64,000 bases of DNA from Hypanus sabinus (taxonomy: Eukaryota), in the NCBI RefSeq assembly GCF_030144855.1, contig NC_082721.1, forward strand, positions 20,336,001 through 20,400,000, given 5' to 3'. The position numbers and the translations under genes are program-made. The notes beneath the pieces are model-generated. The model searched no databases, was not told where the DNA came from, and saw only the letters and a list, made by a program, of their open reading frames with translations. This document shows positions 62,336-64,000 of this stretch, piece by piece; position 1 is the stretch's first letter; the number at the start of each line of letters is the position of its first letter.

Positions 62336-62710
62336 AACCATATCAATAACTGCAGTCCTACAACATAACAGGATATATAAATGATGTTACATAATTTTGG
62401 GGGGATTTTAAGATTCCTACAGTACTGCTGTACTGTGGCAGTAGTACAGTGCACTACATAAAATTACTAAAAACTGTGCAAAAGTCTTAGGCACATATAG
62501 ATGCCTAAGACTTTTGCACAGAACTGTAGTAATTTTCTGTAGTGCACTGTATGGCTGCCGCAAATGAAAAAATCATGATATTGGTGAGTGATGATTAACC
62601 TGATATGGGTCTGTATTGTGAACTGAGAGTGGGAAGGGGGTAGGGAGAGGGAAGTGAGTGGGAAGCACCAGAGAAACTAAAAAAACAATTGTTTGGAATA
62701 AAATGACCTT

Positions 62711-63180
62711 ATAACCATATAACCATATAATAATTACAGCACAGAAACAGGCCATCTCAGCCCTTCTAGTCCGTGCCAAACGCTTACTCTCACCTAGTCC
62801 CACTGACCTGCACTCAGTCCATAACCCTCCATTCTTTTCCTGTCCATATACCTAACCAATTTTTTTTAAATGACAATATCGAACCTGCCTCTATCACTTC
62901 TACTGGAAGCTCGTTCCACACAGCTATCACTCTCTGAGTAAAGAAGTTCCCCCTCGTGTTACCCCTAAACTTTTGCCCCTTAACTCTTAACTCATGTACT
63001 CTTATTTGAATCTCCCCCTCTATCCCCCTCATAATTTTAAATACTTCTTTCAAGTCCCCCCTCAACCTTCTATGTTCCAAAGAATAAAGACCTAACATGT
63101 TCAACCTTGCCCTGTAACTTAGGTGCTGAAACCCAGGTAACATTCTAGTAAATCTCTGCTGTACTCTCTCTATTTTGTTG
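62711..63180 (-). mobile_element. CR1 3' end
   Basis: Reverse complement encodes KIERVQQRFTRMLPG...FFTQRVIAVWNELP; (TATATGGT)n tail. Confidence 0.9.
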
Positions 63181-63308
63181 AAATACAGTTTTGTCTGGTG
63201 TATCAGGGCTGGGTGAGTCTGCAGCATTGCCACCCCCATCACACCCCAGCACTCCTTCACTGCCAACTGTGGTACTCCACCTTTACTGTTCCCAACATCT
63301 TTTGTTCT

Positions 63309-63399
63309 TCCTATTGACGCTGCCTGGCCTGCTGCGCTTCACCAGCATTTTGTGTGTGTTGCTTGAATTTCCAGCATCTGCAGATTTCCTCGTGTTTAC
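63309..63399 (+). mobile_element. Penelope terminal fragment
   Basis: TSD cttttgttct (63299-63308, 63400-63409). Confidence 0.8.
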
Positions 63400-63934
63400 C
63401 TTTTGTTCTCACTAGATTTACAAACTTGCTCTCTGTTCCACGTTGACAAGTACAGTACTGTGTAAAAGTCTTAGGCACCTTAGCTATATACCTGGGCCTA
63501 AAACTTTTGTATAGCTCTCTACGTTCCTAAGTGCTACTAGTGGAGATATTCTACCTCGGTCAAAGGTCTGCTGACTTCTTCAGGACTGTAGACTACTGAA
63601 GTGCACCTTGGAGTATCAGATATGTATCAGCCAGTTCGCATGTAGCAAACTCCGTTAGTCTGAAATTGGCAGTGGTTAAATAAATATTAACTAGGAGATC
63701 AATATGAAAATTCTCTTATTGTGACATACAGGCTCAAGGACAGTTTCTTTCCCACTGTTTAAGACTATTGAATGGATCTCTTGTATGACAAGATGGACTT
63801 TTGACCTCACAATCAATCTCATTGTTCCTTATTATCTGCCTGGATTCATAACATTTTCCTCTGCGTTCTGTTATTGAAATTATCTGTAAGGATGGCATGC
63901 AAAACAGAGCTAATGTGGCAATAATTCATTAAAG

Positions 63935-64000
63935 CAACAGACACAAAATGCTGCAGGAACTCAACAGATCAGCTATCTTCTATGGAAATGAATAGACAGT
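63935..64000 (-). mobile_element. Penelope terminal fragment running off the window edge
   Basis: acacaaaatgctgcaggaactcaacag...tctatggaaatgaatagacagt. Confidence 0.7.

Larger units (their letters stand above)
62434..63512 (-). mobile_element. Tc1-type MITE with palindromic terminal units (copy 2), carrying nested CR1 and PLE
   Basis: Reverse complement homology to 5673-6178; terminal units at ~62472-62526 and 63454-63512. Confidence 0.7.

Overview
Eukaryotic, repeat-dominated, AT-rich DNA. The repeat inventory points to a cartilaginous fish, probably a ray (inference): CR1 LINEs, Rex1/Babar LINEs, Penelope-like elements (PLEs), V-SINE/HE1-type tRNA SINEs and Tc1/Tigger/Harbinger/hAT MITEs. 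I recognise no intact host protein-coding gene, tRNA/rRNA gene or CRISPR array, so the window looks intronic or intergenic. The recognisable ORFs are broken transposon frames (RT, AP endonuclease, SGNH esterase, GIY-YIG, Tc1 HTH). Main observations: (1) a 38-nt minimal hammerhead ribozyme with an intact core in a PLE 3' repeat (32928-32965, minus), plus many decayed copies; (2) PLE termini inserted as short fold-back elements with 10-14 bp target-site duplications (TSDs); (3) four short solo LTRs of one family, each with a perfect 5-bp TSD; (4) a Tc1-type MITE with a self-palindromic mini-unit at each end, seen twice; (5) three copies of a bipartite RTE-derived element; (6) a few unique segments that may be a first exon/promoter or enhancers (low confidence). 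Boundaries of old fragments are approximate; boundaries quoted with TSDs were read directly.
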